DNA of 64,000 bases, from the NCBI GenBank assembly GCA_964016885.1, contig OZ024745.1:89900001-89964000 (forward strand), read 5' to 3'. Below the pieces are notes generated by a model. That model ran no database searches, was not told the origin of the DNA, and saw nothing but the letters and a program-made list of their open reading frames with translations. Position 1 is the stretch's first letter. Each line of letters begins with the position of its first letter. Source of the DNA: Eledone cirrhosa (lineage: Eukaryota). Position numbers and translations under genes: made by a program. Below, piece by piece: positions 1-14,376 of this stretch.

Positions 1-16
1 ACCTACCATTACCTCA

Positions 17-1448
17 ATGGCCAAGAAAACCCACACAGATAGATGGAACGGGTGGACCAGAGCCATACGGACACCCGAAAACCACGATGAACTAAAGAAA
101 ATGATTGCACATGCGGTGGGGGCCAGCATAAAATTAACCCTTAAGGAACATATGTTCAAATTTAATGGAAAAACATATGCCCAAGAGGAAGGAGCAGCCA
201 TTGGTGTTAGCATTTCAGGCGCGATAGCCCACTTATTCATGGTATGGTGGGACAGTAGACTTAAACTTAAACCTAAAGAACAATTAGAAGACCACTTAAC
301 CCTGATAATGTACTCCCGCTACGTTGATGATATAAACATCATAGTTAAAACGCCCCCACTAGAGAACAGTCAGGAATTAGAGAAAAACACAATGGAAAGC
401 ATCCAGCAAATAGCTAACTCCATCCACCAGAGTATTAGAGTTACTATAGACTACCCAAGTAAACACCCCAACCATCGATTACCTGTACTAGACACGGAGC
501 TCTGGTTAGATACCATTAATAACAAAAAACAAATCCTCCATTCCCATTATGCCAAACCCATGACTTCCAAATATCTGATCCACCGAAACTCAGCTGTTTC
601 GGACCATACCAAAATCAACATACTGATTGCGGATTCGGTACGGGTGATGAGAAACGTGTCCCGCATGTGCAACCCCGAAGAACTAGAGAGACACATACAA
701 CACTTCATCCACCGTATGCAGTTCTCTGGTTACAATCAGAGAGATAAAATCAGAGTGTATAGAGGAGCCAGAACCAAATGGGAAAAAATGGTAAATAATG
801 ACACAAATGGGACCTGCCCCTTGTATAGGAGCAAATTTTGGAATAGAATAGAAAGAACTAGGAATAAGGCTAATAGAATAAACTCATGGTATGATAGCAA
901 TAAATGCCAGAGTGTAATGTTCATCGATACAACCCCTAGAGGTGAATTAGCTTACAAATTTAGAAGGGCCCTAGATAAACATAAACTCAATATTAAGATA
1001 GTTGAAGGACCAGGTGCCTCCGTACAAACACTTATTAGCAAGATATACCCTTTTCAAAGACCCCTGTATAGATAAGAAATATATAACCTGTAAATTAAGT
1101 CTCCATATTAACTGTAAAACTAGAAATGTAGTATATAGCATAAGATGTACTGAAGGACAATGTAGAGACAAAAATATAGTGTACATAGGTGAGACAGCTC
1201 GTAGATTAGGGGAACAGATAAAGGAACACTGGCGAGACCTTGAAGATAGTAAAGAATCATCTGTACTCTACTAACATGCTAAAATAGAACATAAGGGTAA
1301 ATTAGAGAACATAGAAATAAAAATAGAATCTACACACAGAAAATACGCAATGTTTAGACAAATAACAGAGGCAATAAACATAAAAGAATTACAACCAACA
1401 TTAAATAGAAAACATGAGTGGAACAGCAACATCACAACTTACAATTAA
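17..1448 (+). pseudogene. PLE RT/GIY-YIG ORF with frameshift (~1065) and in-frame stop (1272)
   Basis: ORFs 17-1075 and 1002-1274; the copy at 46319-47209 shows the uninterrupted C-terminal frame. Confidence 0.85.
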
Positions 1449-1649
1449 GGACAAAATGAAAACACACACGCACATAGCACAAACAACCAACCTGTAACAT
1501 GTAAATAAACAAATAAATAAACGAATATAAACACACACAGACACCCGGATGTGGCGCATGCGCAGACTGAGCACACAACACACACACAGAAACAAGATGG
1601 CGTAGGACAGAAGAAAGGAGAGGCACAAAAACCAAGAAAATAATCCCCA

Positions 1650-1692
1650 GTCACTGAAGAGGTCACAGAATGTGTGACGAAAGAACTTTGAC
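1650..1692 (+). ncRNA. minimal type-I hammerhead ribozyme (PLE1 pLTR)
   Basis: GTCA-CTGAAGA-G-GTCACA gaatg TGTGAC-GAAA-G aa C-TT-TGAC; same motif at 47411-47453. Confidence 0.75.
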
Positions 1693-1897
1693 AATATATA
1701 AACAACCATATGGTTGTGGAACCAACCAACCAACCGGAAATTTGTAAATTCCTAAATTTATAAATTTATTATAATAAATTGCAGTGAAACAACTGGTGCG
1801 TGTGTTTCTTATTGGCAACATGACCCTCCCAAAGTATAACAATATTGGTTTCAACACACGTTTTCAGATAAAGAATCTTGCTAAACAAATTCAGAAA

Positions 1898-1950
<53 letters not shown>

Positions 1951-2011
1951 GTGAAGACTAAAATATGATCCCTAAGACTAATATAATCACTATCTAGAGG
2001 ACTCGATAGGG

Positions 2012-2057
<46 letters not shown>

Positions 2058-2061
<4 letters not shown>

Positions 2062-3142
2062 GGAGGTGAGTTTTATTGTAGTACAATAAAGCAATGCAGA
2101 TATCGGATAAGAAGCACTCTACAGTTTGTAGGACTGGAGTATGCATAATATAAGATCAAAAGATGGTTAAAGGAGTTCCATGTATTTTATTATGCGCATT
2201 TCAAAAACAAACATCATCATGCAATAATACTTGTGTTTTCATCAGATAAAACAGGAGAACATGATATGAAGGCTAAAAAACACTTGTGGATAGTGCAGTT
2301 TTAAATCTACATATGAAAAGTGGTTTTAGATTGATGTGTGATATTGGGAAAAATATTTTATTTAGAGATGGGGGGGGAGGATGAAAAAGGGGGAGGAGAT
2401 GAGAGGAAGAGATGGGTAATAGAGAGAAAGAGATAGCTTTTATAACTGAGAGGAGATATACTGTCCCACACAGAGAGGTTGAAAACCGTTGGAAGATAAT
2501 GTATAAACCCCAAAAAATTTTTGAAAATCAACGAAAGGAGGATATGTGCGAGGAAAAAGTATTTTATTTAAGGAGGGGGGCTGTGTAATGCAATGTATCT
2601 TTCTCTCAGTTATAAAAACTATCTCTTTCTCTCTATCGCCCATCTCTCCCTCTCCACCTTCACTCTCATCTCCTCCCCCTTTTTTTCATCCTTTCCAGCC
2701 CCTCTCCTTAAATAAAATACTTTTTCCTCGCACATATCCTCCTTTCGTTGATTTTCAAAAATTTTTTGGGGTTTATACATTATCTTCCAACGGTTTTCAA
2801 CCTCTCTGTGTGGGACAGTATATCTCCTCTCAGTTATAAAAGCTATCTCTTTCTCTCTATCACCCATCTCTCCCTCTCTACTCCTCCCCCTTTTTCATCC
2901 TTTCCACCCCCCCCCCCTCTCTAAATAAAATATTTTTCCCAATATCACACATCAATCTAAAACCACTTTTCATATGTAGATTTAAAACTGCACTATCCAC
3001 AAGTGTTTTTTAGCCTTCATATCATGTTCTCCTGTTTTATCTGATGAAAACACAAATATTATTGCATGATGATGTTTGTTTTTGAAATGCGCATAATAAA
3101 ATACATGGAACTCCTTTAACCATCTTTTGATCTTATATTATA
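2058..3142. mobile_element. non-coding HHR element, family A, head-to-head palindromic insertion between (TA)n tracts
   Basis: 2147-2580 is the reverse complement of ~2700-3140; HHR on - at 2184-2252 and on + at 3034-3102; internal ~200 bp duplication. Confidence 0.8.
3034..3102 (+). ncRNA. type-I hammerhead ribozyme, family A
   Basis: GTTTTAT-CTGATGA-long stem II (CAAATATTATT/GATGATGTTTG)-GAAA-TGCGCA-TA-ATAAAAT; palindromic stem III ATGCGCAT; copies at 2184-2252(-), 37174-37242, 63396-63464. Confidence 0.8.
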
Positions 3143-3709
3143 TATATATATATATTAGTAAAAGGAAAAGAAAATGCTGACAAATTTATCCCAGTGAAAA
3201 ATAGTTTAATTAGGAATAAGTAAATATCAGTAATACGTATTGGTTAGTATTCAGTTTTAGTTTTAAGTATTTACCTGTTGCGCATTTCTAATGCTTTTTC
3301 AAAAATAATTTTGATATATAGCGCCCGTGATGTTTGATCTAATCTGATCAGTTTAGGAAATTCTACCTGTTTTATGTGAAAAAAGTTGCTCCAGATGTAT
3401 TAAGATTTGCTTGGTTGTTGAATGTAACGTGAATGAGCACTATAAGTTTCGCGCCAATTTGTGTTGCAAAAATTCTTGTAGTCAAAACAATTTTGCAAAA
3501 ATTCTTGTAGTCAAAACAATTTTGATTGGTCGGTAGAGGTCACGTGAATGTTCAAAATTGATCTTGCGCCAAATTTAGGTTTGTCGAAGAGTGTCCTTTT
3601 TCGCCTGATTGAGAAGTCACTGAAAAATAAGTCTTTTAGGACAAATACGTGTGTGTGTGTGTGTGAGGTAATGAGGTTCATTGTTGTGATAATGGTCAGT
3701 AGGGATGTG

Positions 3710-6700
3710 TGTGCGAATTTGCTTATCTCATCCCCCTTGTTCTCATCTTTCCTGATCAGCGTTACTACTCCGCTGCCTACAGAACTGGGAATCCTCCCGT
3801 TCTACTGACAGTTGCAGTAGACCGGTTCGAAGATGCCCGAGAACAAGTCTGGCAGGCCTATGTAAAACTCATTGGGAAGACCATCTAAACCGGGTGATTT
3901 GCGTTTCCCGCAGCGGCCTAGGGCATCTTCTATTTCGCCCGCTGTGATCGGCCTTTCGCAGCTCTCTGCATCCGTGCTCGAGAGTCGTGGTACGCCATCG
4001 AGTTGGAGCTGAAGTCCATCACCTCCCTCGACATATCGCTTTGCCCGAACAGTTGCGCAAAATACTGCTGGAAGGCCGTGCACATCTGCTTGGATTCAAG
4101 TAGAATGCGTCCATCTTTGTCTTGCAAAGACCGAAATGTGGATCTGTTGCCACTTTTCGCCTCTGCCACTCAGGCCCAGCTAACAGATTTGGCTCCCTCG
4201 TTTCTTAGAGCACGTGTTCTACTTCTGACAATACAACCTTCGTGTTTCACGTTGAAGAACTGGTCTAGTGCCGTTCTCGCCGCTAGCACGTCAGCTGTAC
4301 TGCCATTCCTAAGTGCCTCTTCTACCAGTTTCTTTTCGGTTTAGTTTTTTTCTAAAGCTACTTCCTTGCTAAATGCTATCGATTCTATTATAATTGCTCT
4401 GTTGAGAGAGCTCCACCACTTTCTGTTGACGATCGCCCCGTCAACTGGCACTTAACTAAGGTGCTAATCGGTTTACTGTAGGCCTTGCGCGCTGGTAACG
4501 ACATGTTTAGCTTCCAGTATCCGGGTCCCTGTCTATGTGTTCTATCAAGGTTGACTACGCAGGTGATTAATTTGTGGTCTAAATAGGCAACCATGTGCAT
4601 TTGTGGACAGCTTAATGTTTCCTTATCATTCTGTCTAATTAAAAATCTATCTACATACGATCTAGAAGACCCAGTGCGGTTGTACCACATCCTCAGTGGT
4701 ACACTTGGGAAGTCTAGTCTATATCTATCAGTCAGTTGGAATTGGCCGATGAGATTTTTTAGGCTATTACGCCTCCTCTATTATCACAAGCTTCTACATA
4801 GTCCCAACGTGCATCTAAGATGCGATTCCAGTCCTCCGCTAACACTAAGGAGCGAGACGTTCCCAGGAATTGCTCCAGACGCTTGAAGAACTCTGGTCGC
4901 GATGTCCCAGTCGGGGCATATACGGCCACCAGTCTGAAAGCTCCACCTTCACTACCATTCACATCCAGGACCACCAAGCTGCCCTCCGGGTTCAAGTGAA
5001 TCGTCTGTGCTTTGAGATCCAAGTTCTTTCGAAACAGAACAGCAACTCCTCCTCCTGGCTGACAGAGAGATGCGTAGATCTCAAAATCATCGAACATGGG
5101 TGATAGCTGCTGCCTGTCGTGAATCTTGGACTCGGTGTTGGCTATCACATCTATACAATGTGACCTGAAATCATTTAAAAGCTGGCCCTGTTTCCAGGGC
5201 ATGCCCAGGCCACGTAGATTCAAACATCCAACTTGTATAGTCACCATGTTGGTGAAGAAGAGTTAGGGAGAGAAAAGGCATGAACACTTACCTTTTCGTT
5301 TCCTGGAGGTCGGGTTGTTCAATCTCCATGTCCAGATTGGGAGTTTTGGGGTAGGGCACGGTTAAGGGGTGTTTGGCAAGTGGGGCCCACATCATGTGGG
5401 AAGATCCTTTTTAAAGTTTCGTACTCAAACTTATCAGGGTAAGTTTGAGGTTTGGGGGTGGGTTGCTGGTGAGGAAGGCTTTCCCTTCCGTTTGTATTGT
5501 GGAGTCCTTTCGGACAGTTTCCACCAGTTCTTTGTTTCTTGTTTTTATGTATGTGTAATGTGTTTTGTTTTTTATGTGTACTGTTTCTGTTTGTCGTTTT
5601 CTTTTTGTGGTTGGGGTTTGTGATTGTGGTGGTGTGGGTGTTTGTTTTGTTGGTGAAGTGTCTGGTTGTGTTGTTGGTGTGGTTGTCGTTTGTGGCGGTA
5701 TGTTTATGTCAGTGTTGATGTGTGCGTGTTTTCAGTTTATGTTTTTGTTGTATTTTTTCTGTGTCTTTTTTGCTTCTTGGATTTTTGAGGTTCCACTTCA
5801 TCCTCACATGGAGATGTTGAGGACCCGTCTCTGAGGTGTAATCATTGTGGGTAGGTGGGAGGGTATGTTTTGTTGTGGTGGGGTGTTTGTGTGTGTGTGT
5901 TTGTGGGCGTGTTGGACAGAGGGGAAAGGGGTGGGACAGAGTTCTTGAGGGGAATTTTTGGTGTGGTGTCTTTTGTGGTTTGTGATGGTTGGGTGAATGT
6001 TGATGGTTTGGGGGTTGTATTTTTTGTTTTCGGGTGTGTCTGTTGTAGTTTTGGGGTTGGCAACAACGCCTTCTTTTGTTTTTCCACATCCAGCATTGGG
6101 CAAAATGCTTTTAAATGTGTGTTTTTTCCACATTTGAAACATTGTGGTCTTTTGCCCTCCACTGCGATGAGGACAACATGGTTATCATCCACCAGCACCC
6201 TTTCCGGTGTTTTTTTCAATCCTTTCCGGTTTCATTTGAACCAAAAGCTCCATTGAGGTCCCGTTCCAGTTCTGTCGGATTGATTTTTTTACAGAGAGGA
6301 GGTTGTCTTCACCCTCCTCCACAACACCACCCAGAATCCACCAAATATTGATGTTCCGTGGGATCTGGGAGATCCTTATTTTATGGGTTCTTCTTCTCGT
6401 GTATGTTGGGAAGAAGATGTGTTGGCTCGTTCTAATTGGAGCCACCGAATATTTCTGAGCGAGGGCCTGGCTTTTAAAGAGCACCGAGACACTCCCGTAC
6501 TGCTTGGCCCTCTGAAGGTATGCAATGTCTGGCATTGCCTCCTTTAGCGCGGTTTTCACTGTTCTATTGCTTAAAGCCATAGGTTTCTTGGTTTGTGAGC
6601 AGATCGTCCGGAAGAAAATTGTTTTTCTTAAGGTCGCGGCCCTAATTTCCGGTGGGGTACTTATTCGAAAGCCGTTACCTTCGAAAGTTATATGTTGCGC

Positions 6701-6965
6701 AGCGTCCTTTAGGTTCTGCGCTTGGTTTGACAGATATATTTCTATAAACAGCCATTTTTTTTTAAACGTTAGTTTTTCCAAACATTTTTTTTTCCTGAAC
6801 TATTTCGCCTAAAGGCGTAGAATATTTTGAGAGACTGACCAAATCAAAGGTTGATCTGGCAGTCTCTCTACAAATTGGTATAACAATGAACGCTCACAGT
6901 CAAGAATTTTTATAGAAATTTAAGCAGAACTTACCCAGCAAGTTTCACACGTGTGTCCATCCCAG
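3710..6965 (-). mobile_element. Tx1-like (L1 clade) non-LTR retrotransposon, degenerate, 3'-deleted
   Basis: ORF1 fragments with zinc knuckle CFKCGKNTHLKAFC. ORF2 from 5247 has APE motifs (GCLNLRGL, LVAVYAP, DWN, DHK, GPGYWKLN) and the RT start KSPGLDGLPNEFY. Multiple frameshifts. Confidence 0.85.
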
Positions 6966-6979
6966 AAGATAGGTAGATG

Positions 6980-7292
6980 GATAGATATGTTTCTTTATTA
7001 GCCACAGGGGCACAAAAGAAGGGGACAAATACAAAGGGGGAAGTTTACATACAATAAAAACGTGTAAAATATTATCACAAATGCAATTGAAAAGTTAATC
7101 GATTTTCCCCAATAGGGGGAGACATTTCATATGGGTAACACATACCCCCGAAAAAATGTGCAAACCTCATCTCCAGGAGTACGAAGAGTTTGTGCCCCCT
7201 TCCTCTCTTCCTCCTTTTCCTCAACCTACAGGCTGATATAGCGAGAAAGCCCATTCACTTGGGCCATTCTCGCCACTTTCACCCACCTTTCA
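6980..7292 (-). mobile_element. Tx1-like 3' end fragment
   Basis: Encodes a C-terminus [21 protein letters not shown], then a 3' UTR and AATAAAGAAACA followed by (TATC)n. Confidence 0.65.
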
Positions 7293-7310
7293 TAAGATAG
7301 ATAGATAGAT

Positions 7311-7339
<29 letters not shown>

Positions 7340-7341
<2 letters not shown>

Positions 7342-7665
7342 TGTTTCTTTTATTTGCCACTAGGGCATCAAAAGTGGGACAAGTACAAAGGGGGGAGTTT
7401 ACACAAAAAGGCGTCCTCAATAAGGAGGAGGCAATAACAAAATATAAAAATAAAATAAGATATAACAAAAAATAAAATGTTTAACAAAATCCTCAATAGA
7501 GAGGAGGCGCCTTGGGGGGTCGCACACACCCCCGAAAAAAGTGTGCAACCCTTCTCCTCAGGAGCACAGAGAAGGGGTGCTCCCTTGGTCTTTCATCTTC
7601 CTCACCTATAGTCTGATGTAGAGTGAAGGCCCATTCACACGGGCCATTCTCGCCACTTTCACCCA
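7340..7665 (-). mobile_element. second Tx1-like 3' end fragment
   Basis: [19 protein letters not shown]; homologous to 6980-7292; flanked by (GATA)n on both sides. Confidence 0.65.
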
Positions 7666-7879
<214 letters not shown>

Positions 7880-8444
7880 TACCACAAATATATTGACTCA
7901 GGTTTCTCATCACTGTCCAACAGATCTTAAAACAGATATATTCCCCTGTTCATTATTACTAAGCTGGCTCTGACATTTTACAACGATATTACGCGATTAG
8001 CAATATTGTTCCGGACTTGTTCCAAAATCGTAAATTCGCATCACAAAACCAAATTCTCTAATTGGCTCAGCAGATTTACTATGTCACATGTACAAGTCCA
8101 TAGAGATAGGGTTACAACAATATCTTCTGAAGTCTGCTAGAAAATTCTAATCCTCTGCCAGTTGTCTAATCACCTGGGAAAACCATTATCTGTCTATCGT
8201 GAAATGTCATCCTAACCTGATTTTATGAAAATGAGACATCTTTTGCCTTTCTTTTTTTGTGTGTGTGTTGGTAAGGGGTTATTATCTTTTCGAATCAAGC
8301 TTTGAACAAAACTGTACAGTGCAGATGTTTCTAACCTCAAATGATGAATTGTCATTTCTTTTATACGGGAAAGCTATATGAAATCCAAGGATGAGAGATC
8401 ACAACTATTCTAGCAAGATTTCAACGCTCTTGCATATGCTTGAA

Positions 8445-8586
8445 TCCGGCGAATTGGCAGAGTCGTTAGAAAGTCGGATATAATGCTTTGTGGTATTCGT
8501 TTCGGCTCGCTATTCTCTGAGTTCAAATCCCGCCGAGATCACCTTTACCTTTCATCCATTCGTGGTCGATAATAATATACCAGTTT
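8445..8586 (+). mobile_element. tRNA-derived SINE (octopus-type)
   Basis: A-box TGGCAGAGTCG, B-box GAGTTCAAATCC, body ccttTcatcc..ggtcgataa..taccagt. Confidence 0.7.
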
Positions 8587-9042
8587 AGAATTGAGCTCCA
8601 TTTTTCCTCTATATCTCTTTCTCATATCAAATTTCTCACTCACCCTATTCTTCTTGAAGAAATCTGTTGTATTCAGGGTATTCAGACTTGGAGAGGGATG
8701 GGCTCCGCCAGGTTTTAAAATTCCTAAGAAATGCCGTATAAGAATACGGCACCCCAACGACTCCCCAAGGAGTTACGGTACCTTGCATATGCTTGTAATA
8801 TCTATTCCCTTCGGCTAGCCACAAAAAATATTTATTTATGTGGAAAATATACGCTATAATGGACCTTTCTTGTTTTTTATTTTCTTTTTGGTGGATATTA
8901 GTGGTGTACAAGACGCACGTTGAATGGAACTAAATATTAAAACTATTGAAAAAAATGGTTCTGTAGATAAAGAATTGGACTCGTGAATTCAGACCACTGC
9001 TTGCTTTCCATTGTTTGTTTTAGATATACACTTATTATTAAG

Positions 9043-9250
9043 GGGTGTGGGTTGGCAGAATTGGTAGAGCGTCATCAAAATAGTTATGGTTCTTTACGTT
9101 CTAAGTTCAAATCCCACCGAGATTAGTTTTGGCTTTCATCCTTACGGGGTCGATAAAATAAAGTACCAGTGATGCACTGGAGTTGATTTAATCGACTTTC
9201 CCCCATTCACCCTTCAAACTGCTGGCCTTGTGCCAAATGTAGTAAATAAT
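9043..9250 (+). mobile_element. tRNA-derived SINE, same family
   Basis: tggcagaattgg..gttcaaatccc..ggggtcgataaaataaagtaccagt..gctggccttgtgcc; partial copies at 10455-10575, 33380-33545(-), 37750-37805(-), 43815-43895(-), 47935-48050(-). Confidence 0.75.
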
Positions 9251-9811
9251 TATTACATTGATTTACGTTCTTTACCTGCAGGAAATATATCTGCTGTTGA
9301 TAATATGTTAGATAGACTGGTGTCCTATCAAATGTTATCTTCATTTATCATCTACACTTAATGCTATTGAATCCCTAATTAATCCTAGGTTTTATAGATG
9401 GTTCTGTATCTTGGTTACATTCCTTATTTTGGGTAATTGCTGGCCTTGTGCCTAAAATAGAAACAATTATATTAGAAAGTGATTAATTAGAAATTAGTTA
9501 TATCATTAGGCGTTAATATGCAAAAAGTAGTGAGAAAGATTTCCATTTAGCGAAGATAACAACCACTTAATAATGGAATTATATGAATAATATATCTAAC
9601 GAGTAAAGATATGTTACAGAACAACCATCACATACAGTTGTAATGATAACCACAGTCCAGTCTAAATGGTTAGATTCTGAATACTATAGTCATTTCGGAG
9701 AGGTTGAATACAGCAACAAAACACTTTTCAATTTACCAGATAACTATAACCACAGCCTTGATGTATTCATGTAATTCTTTGCCAATAGATGTAAAGTAGA
9801 CAGAGACGTAG

Positions 9812-9928
9812 AAGACAACGATAACGACGACGATGAGGTCGATGACGGGGACGAGGACGAAGAAGAAGAAGAAGAAGAAGAAGAAGAAGAAGAAGAAGAA
9901 GAAGAAGAAGAAGAAGAAGAAGAAGAAG

Positions 9929-9974
<46 letters not shown>

Positions 9975-10005
9975 GCAGCAGCAGCAGCAGCAACAACAAC
10001 GACAA
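9812..10005. repeat. compound trinucleotide microsatellite (GAC)(GAA)n(CAA)n(CAG)n
   Basis: direct reading. Confidence 0.95.
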
Positions 10006-10799
10006 GGGTAACTGCTGATCATAGGAAACAAACATATTTAGTAAAATTACTGTCCAATGGTACAACAAAGAAAGAAATAGCACGTAAGCCTGAAAACATT
10101 GAAAATAGATTATGTGGTGTTTTTTTTAATATGTGGTTTCAGCCATGTAAATGAATATCACTTTCTCTGCCTGATATATGATTTATTTCATTTTGTTTTG
10201 TTTAAATCTCAAACGATATTCTTTTTACTGATACCCAACACCCTGAAGTCAAGTGGGGATTTTTATTATTTTACTCTATTCATTCTCTTAATTTGTCTGT
10301 TGTTGCTGAAACTGTCCCTGCAGCTTTTACGCTATTTTTTTCCCTACCGTCTTTTTTCTTTTAATTATCTTATCTGGTTATCTATTTTGAGCCTGTCGAA
10401 TATTACATTCTTCTACTAACAAACAAGAAATTTGAGCATCATTATTAATTTAACGTCTGAGTTCAAATCCCGTCGAGGTTAATTTTGCCTTTCCTCCTTA
10501 CCGGGTCGATAAAATAAAGTACCAGTAATGAACTGGGTATTTTGCTGGCCTTGTGCCAAAAGTAGAAACAATTATTAATTTACTAGCAATATCGAATTTT
10601 TTTCATCTTTGATTATTCATTTCGAAAGATCTTGAAACACAAGCAAGTAGTAAATTATTTAAAAAATCAATGCATACATAATTACAAAATGAATGTACAC
10701 TGAGAAAAGTGACAGATATCTCGAAGATTTATATATTACTTAAGTAGTGTATTGGCAGAATCGTTAACAGATTGGATAACGTGAGCTTTCGTTTCAAAA

Positions 10800-11790
10800 C
10801 CCGTTTCGTGTTATATGATTTCGGGATCTATATAGTGCTAAATTACCAGTGGCTGTGGGTCCTTCAAAACACAAAAATTTGAAAATTTTAGGAAATGTAT
10901 AAATTGCAGTAGTTTCATTCTCCCGTGTAGAACAGACCATCCGGAGTATGTTCCATCTCATTGTATAGGGCATGGAGATCATCTTTAAGTCTTACACATA
11001 GACAGCATGTGCCGTTTGGTTTGCCTTGTCGGGTCTTCGAATAGAATGGGTGTCCGCATGTCACCGTTATTTAAAGGTATTCGAAATCATACTGATGTAT
11101 GAGTTTATGCAGTTGTTTGTAACGAACTCCTAATTGTGTACGATGTCATTAATTAAGCAGCTTTTATCTAAAGAGCAGGAATTTATATTTGGGCAATTAC
11201 TTAGTGTCCTCGTATCACCTTGAGTGTTGAATCATGTTTTAGAAATATTATGTTTGTTATGTTTCTTGCTAGGTTAGGTGCGGTGGATTATGAGCGCCTA
11301 ACTGTATTTCTGTTGAGAATGATAATATACTTATACTGTGTGGGGAAGTGTTTGTTCAGTAAAATGAAGCAATATCTAGCTATTGGTGTGGACACCACTA
11401 TGTTTGTAAGAGAGGGTTATACGAACTAATCTGACTATGCATTTTATGCCTATTCCTATTATGGTTAGGGGTTCTAGGTGTGCTATTGATGTAGGTAATT
11501 TTTTCCTAATATCTATAACTAGCTAGGTTATCATTACAGTATGAGGCAGATTCTCTAAATTTGTGCTCGTTGACTGAGAGGCTCAAGATTCTAAGGGGTA
11601 TATTCCTAACGAGTTCAGTTTAATGATTACCTTCTGTAACTGTAGTTGTTGAGGGCTCGGTGGAAGAGCTAAATAATTAAGGGGGGTGTTTGGGTGATAT
11701 CTATATAATAAGTATGGTTATATTCTACAAACATATTGGGTGTCTTATAGAACAGTGGTCATTTCCGGATCACCTTCAGCGTGACATCCT
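10800..11790 (-). mobile_element. highly degenerate PLE fragment (RT C-terminus + GIY-YIG)
   Basis: Minus-strand translation gives HFPTQYKYIIILNRNTV..STAPNLARNI and NCPNINSCSLDKSCLINDIV..SYI, homologous to 15926-17638; many stops. Confidence 0.65.
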
Positions 11791-11794
11791 TAAT

Positions 11795-14376
11795 TGATAT
11801 ATATATATACAATGATATTAAATAAATGTAAACTATATTTATAAAACCATATTTATTTTATTATATATATTTCAAGGGAAACAAAGACAACATTGGTACG
11901 CTTTCATCAGATAAAATACAAAGTTTGTTTTATAAATAGAGACATACCCATGAAAACCATACCTTATCGGTTGGAAATTCACTGGATAGTGCAAATATAT
12001 TAGGGATTATTCAAACGTATGTGTCAAGATGCAAATGAATAAGTAAATAATTGAAAAACAACCGTTTATTTAAATGACACCGGAGAAAGAGAGAGAGAAG
12101 AAAAAAATATAAGTGGATAAAGATAGAAAATATTACGAGAGAGATAGAGAGAAGAAATAGACAAGAGAAGATGAATATAATTATTAAGATTAAAATTACA
12201 ATTAAAATTAAAATTTTAATTTTAAAAAAATTAGAATTATATATGTATATATTTTATGAAACTTTAAGAAGTGAAATTATAGCAAATGTTATAGATATGA
12301 TTTAGAGAAATCAATATATTAAAACCAAGTGGATAAGATTGTTATGGAAATAATTATAAATATTATAAGTGTAATTATAATTTATATATAGTTCTATATG
12401 TTGAATTCAGGCGATGGCTACAAGAATTAAATAAATTCGTCTTAGATTAATAGAGTTCTTACATATAAGTATGAAAAAAATTTCCTTAACACACAATTTG
12501 CAGAATCTAGATAAAGCTGTGTTTCTGAAATTATTTCCCAAGTTAATGAAAAGTCCATATTTTTGCATTTTAAGTTCCATACCAGGTTTGAAAGAGAAGT
12601 TGAAGATTTTTTTATAAAATCTTTTGAAAGAGCATTTGTGATTATTCCAGCGACTTTTAAATTCTATAGAAGTTGCACCTCCATAGTTAAATATATTATC
12701 ACAGGTACATTATCACTGTACATTTATAGGCCACGTCCTTATGTAAACACTTATTTTGTAAAGGACAATTTAATTTAATTCTACAGTTACATTTTGTGGA
12801 ATTGTTGTTATTCGGAACGGGACTATTATATTGTATATTGCTAGAGATATTACTGGTATTTTGGTTATTTTTGGTTAGGGTTTAAATTTCTATTATTGAT
12901 TCTATTTATATTTTGTGCTATGTTCATAGTAGTAAAGTAGGATAGTTTTATAGTATGTCTGTTAAAGATTGAGTGGTATCTGTGGGCTTCAGGAAAACAT
13001 TTATCTAGTGGTTTAAAGAATAGCTTTCCTAAAGGTGTTTTAACGCTTTATGAGAATGGGGGTGTGTACCAAATAATATTTCTAATTGTATTTTTTCTGT
13101 TAGTTTTAGAGTTTAAGTTAGATTTTGTATTATAATTATAATTAATAGTAGGGTTATTTGCCTTATTACTGTTGTCGATGTATTTAATCTTATTTATATA
13201 GCCTGCTCTATTTAAAGCTTCATTATAATATTCTGCCTTATCGTCAAAAATGTTTTTATTAGCGGAGATGCGTGAAATACGTTGTTGGATAGAATTAACA
13301 ATAGTGTTCTTGATAGATCTAGGATGATTAGAGTTAAAACTTACATAGTTTAGATTCTCATTAATTTTATGGAATGGATAGTATAGCCCAGTGTTAAGGT
13401 TTAATGTTACGTCTAAAAAGTTAACAATTTTATAGTTATTCTCTATTTTTAACTTAAGATTATAGCTATTGAAGAATTGGATTATGGATTTTCTTTTTCT
13501 ATTAATTTCACAATTACTATGATTTTCAATTAAAAACAGCATATCATCACAATATAAATGACCGGCCATCTCTGGTATTTTTCTATGCAGTATATTATTA
13601 ATAAATAGTCCCACAAGATCCGTTATTTGCGCCGAGTCTGATGATCCCATGGTGATATCAACATTATTTTTTCTATCGGCTCCAGTCCAGAGATGATTGT
13701 TGAATTCAATTAAAGTTTTCGCTGCGGTTAAAATGATATGCATTTCTTCGCTAGATAAATCTGTATGTTTAGATGCATAGATAAGAGCTTTATTAAGTAA
13801 ATTAGGAGTAATGGAGGAGTAGTAGTTTGCAATATCCAATTGAATGAACTTTTTGTTATGCTTAAATGTTATGTTATTGAACCAATCTATAACTTCGTTA
13901 ATACCGTTCCATAGTTTTAGGTAAGATATTTCTTTAAGCCGATAGAATATTTTTTTTTATATCACCATGGGATCATCAGACTCGGCGCAAATAACGGATC
14001 TTGTTGGGCTATTTATTAATAATACACTACATGGAAAAATACCAGAGATGACTGGTGGTTTATATCGTGATGATATGCTGCTTTTAATTGAAAATCATAG
14101 TAATTGTGAAATTAATAGAAAAAGAAAATCCATAATACAATTATTCAATAGCTACAACCTTAAGTTAGAAATAGAGAATAACTATAAAATTCTTAACTTT
14201 TTAGTCGTAACATTAAACCTTAATACTGGGCTATACTATGCATTCGATAAATTAATGATAATCTAAACTATGAAGTTTTAACCCTAATCATCCTAGATCT
14301 ATCAAGAACACAATTGTTAATTCTATCCAACAACGTGTTTCACGCATCTCCGCTAATAAAAACATTTTTGACGATA
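11795..14376 (-). mobile_element. PLE family PLE3 (AT-rich member of the 'GLYRDD' group) with HHR pLTR and inverted 5' segment
   Basis: ORF 13048-13839 (DIANYYSSI, MGSSDSAQ, NFLDVTL, SNHP, WYTPP); GIY-YIG remnant ~12410-12800 (KCNCR..CPL..C); 13960-14376 is an inverted duplicate of ~13237-13660. Confidence 0.85.
11854..11918 (-). ncRNA. type-I hammerhead ribozyme, family B
   Basis: TATTTTAT-CTGATGA-AAG..CTT-GAAA-TATATA-TA-ATAAAATA; related copy at 39290-39356(+). Confidence 0.7.

Larger units (their letters stand above)
1..1899 (+). mobile_element. Penelope-like element, family PLE1 (RT + Cys linker + C-terminal GIY-YIG), frameshifted, 5' end outside window
   Basis: ORF 17-1075 has RT motifs (YAQEEGAAIG, RYVDDI, LPVLD). 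A frameshift leads to NCKTRNVVYSIRC..YIGET..R..EH (GIY-YIG). The 3' UTR carries an HHR and ends in (TA)n at ~1900. Confidence 0.9.

Noticed and set aside
8545-9790. Possible host exons (short open frames, a donor-like CAG|GTAA on minus)
   Set aside because: No recognisable protein similarity or consistent splice structure.
11750-11790. CTGAAGG..GAAA on minus strand
   Set aside because: Stems do not pair; probably chance.
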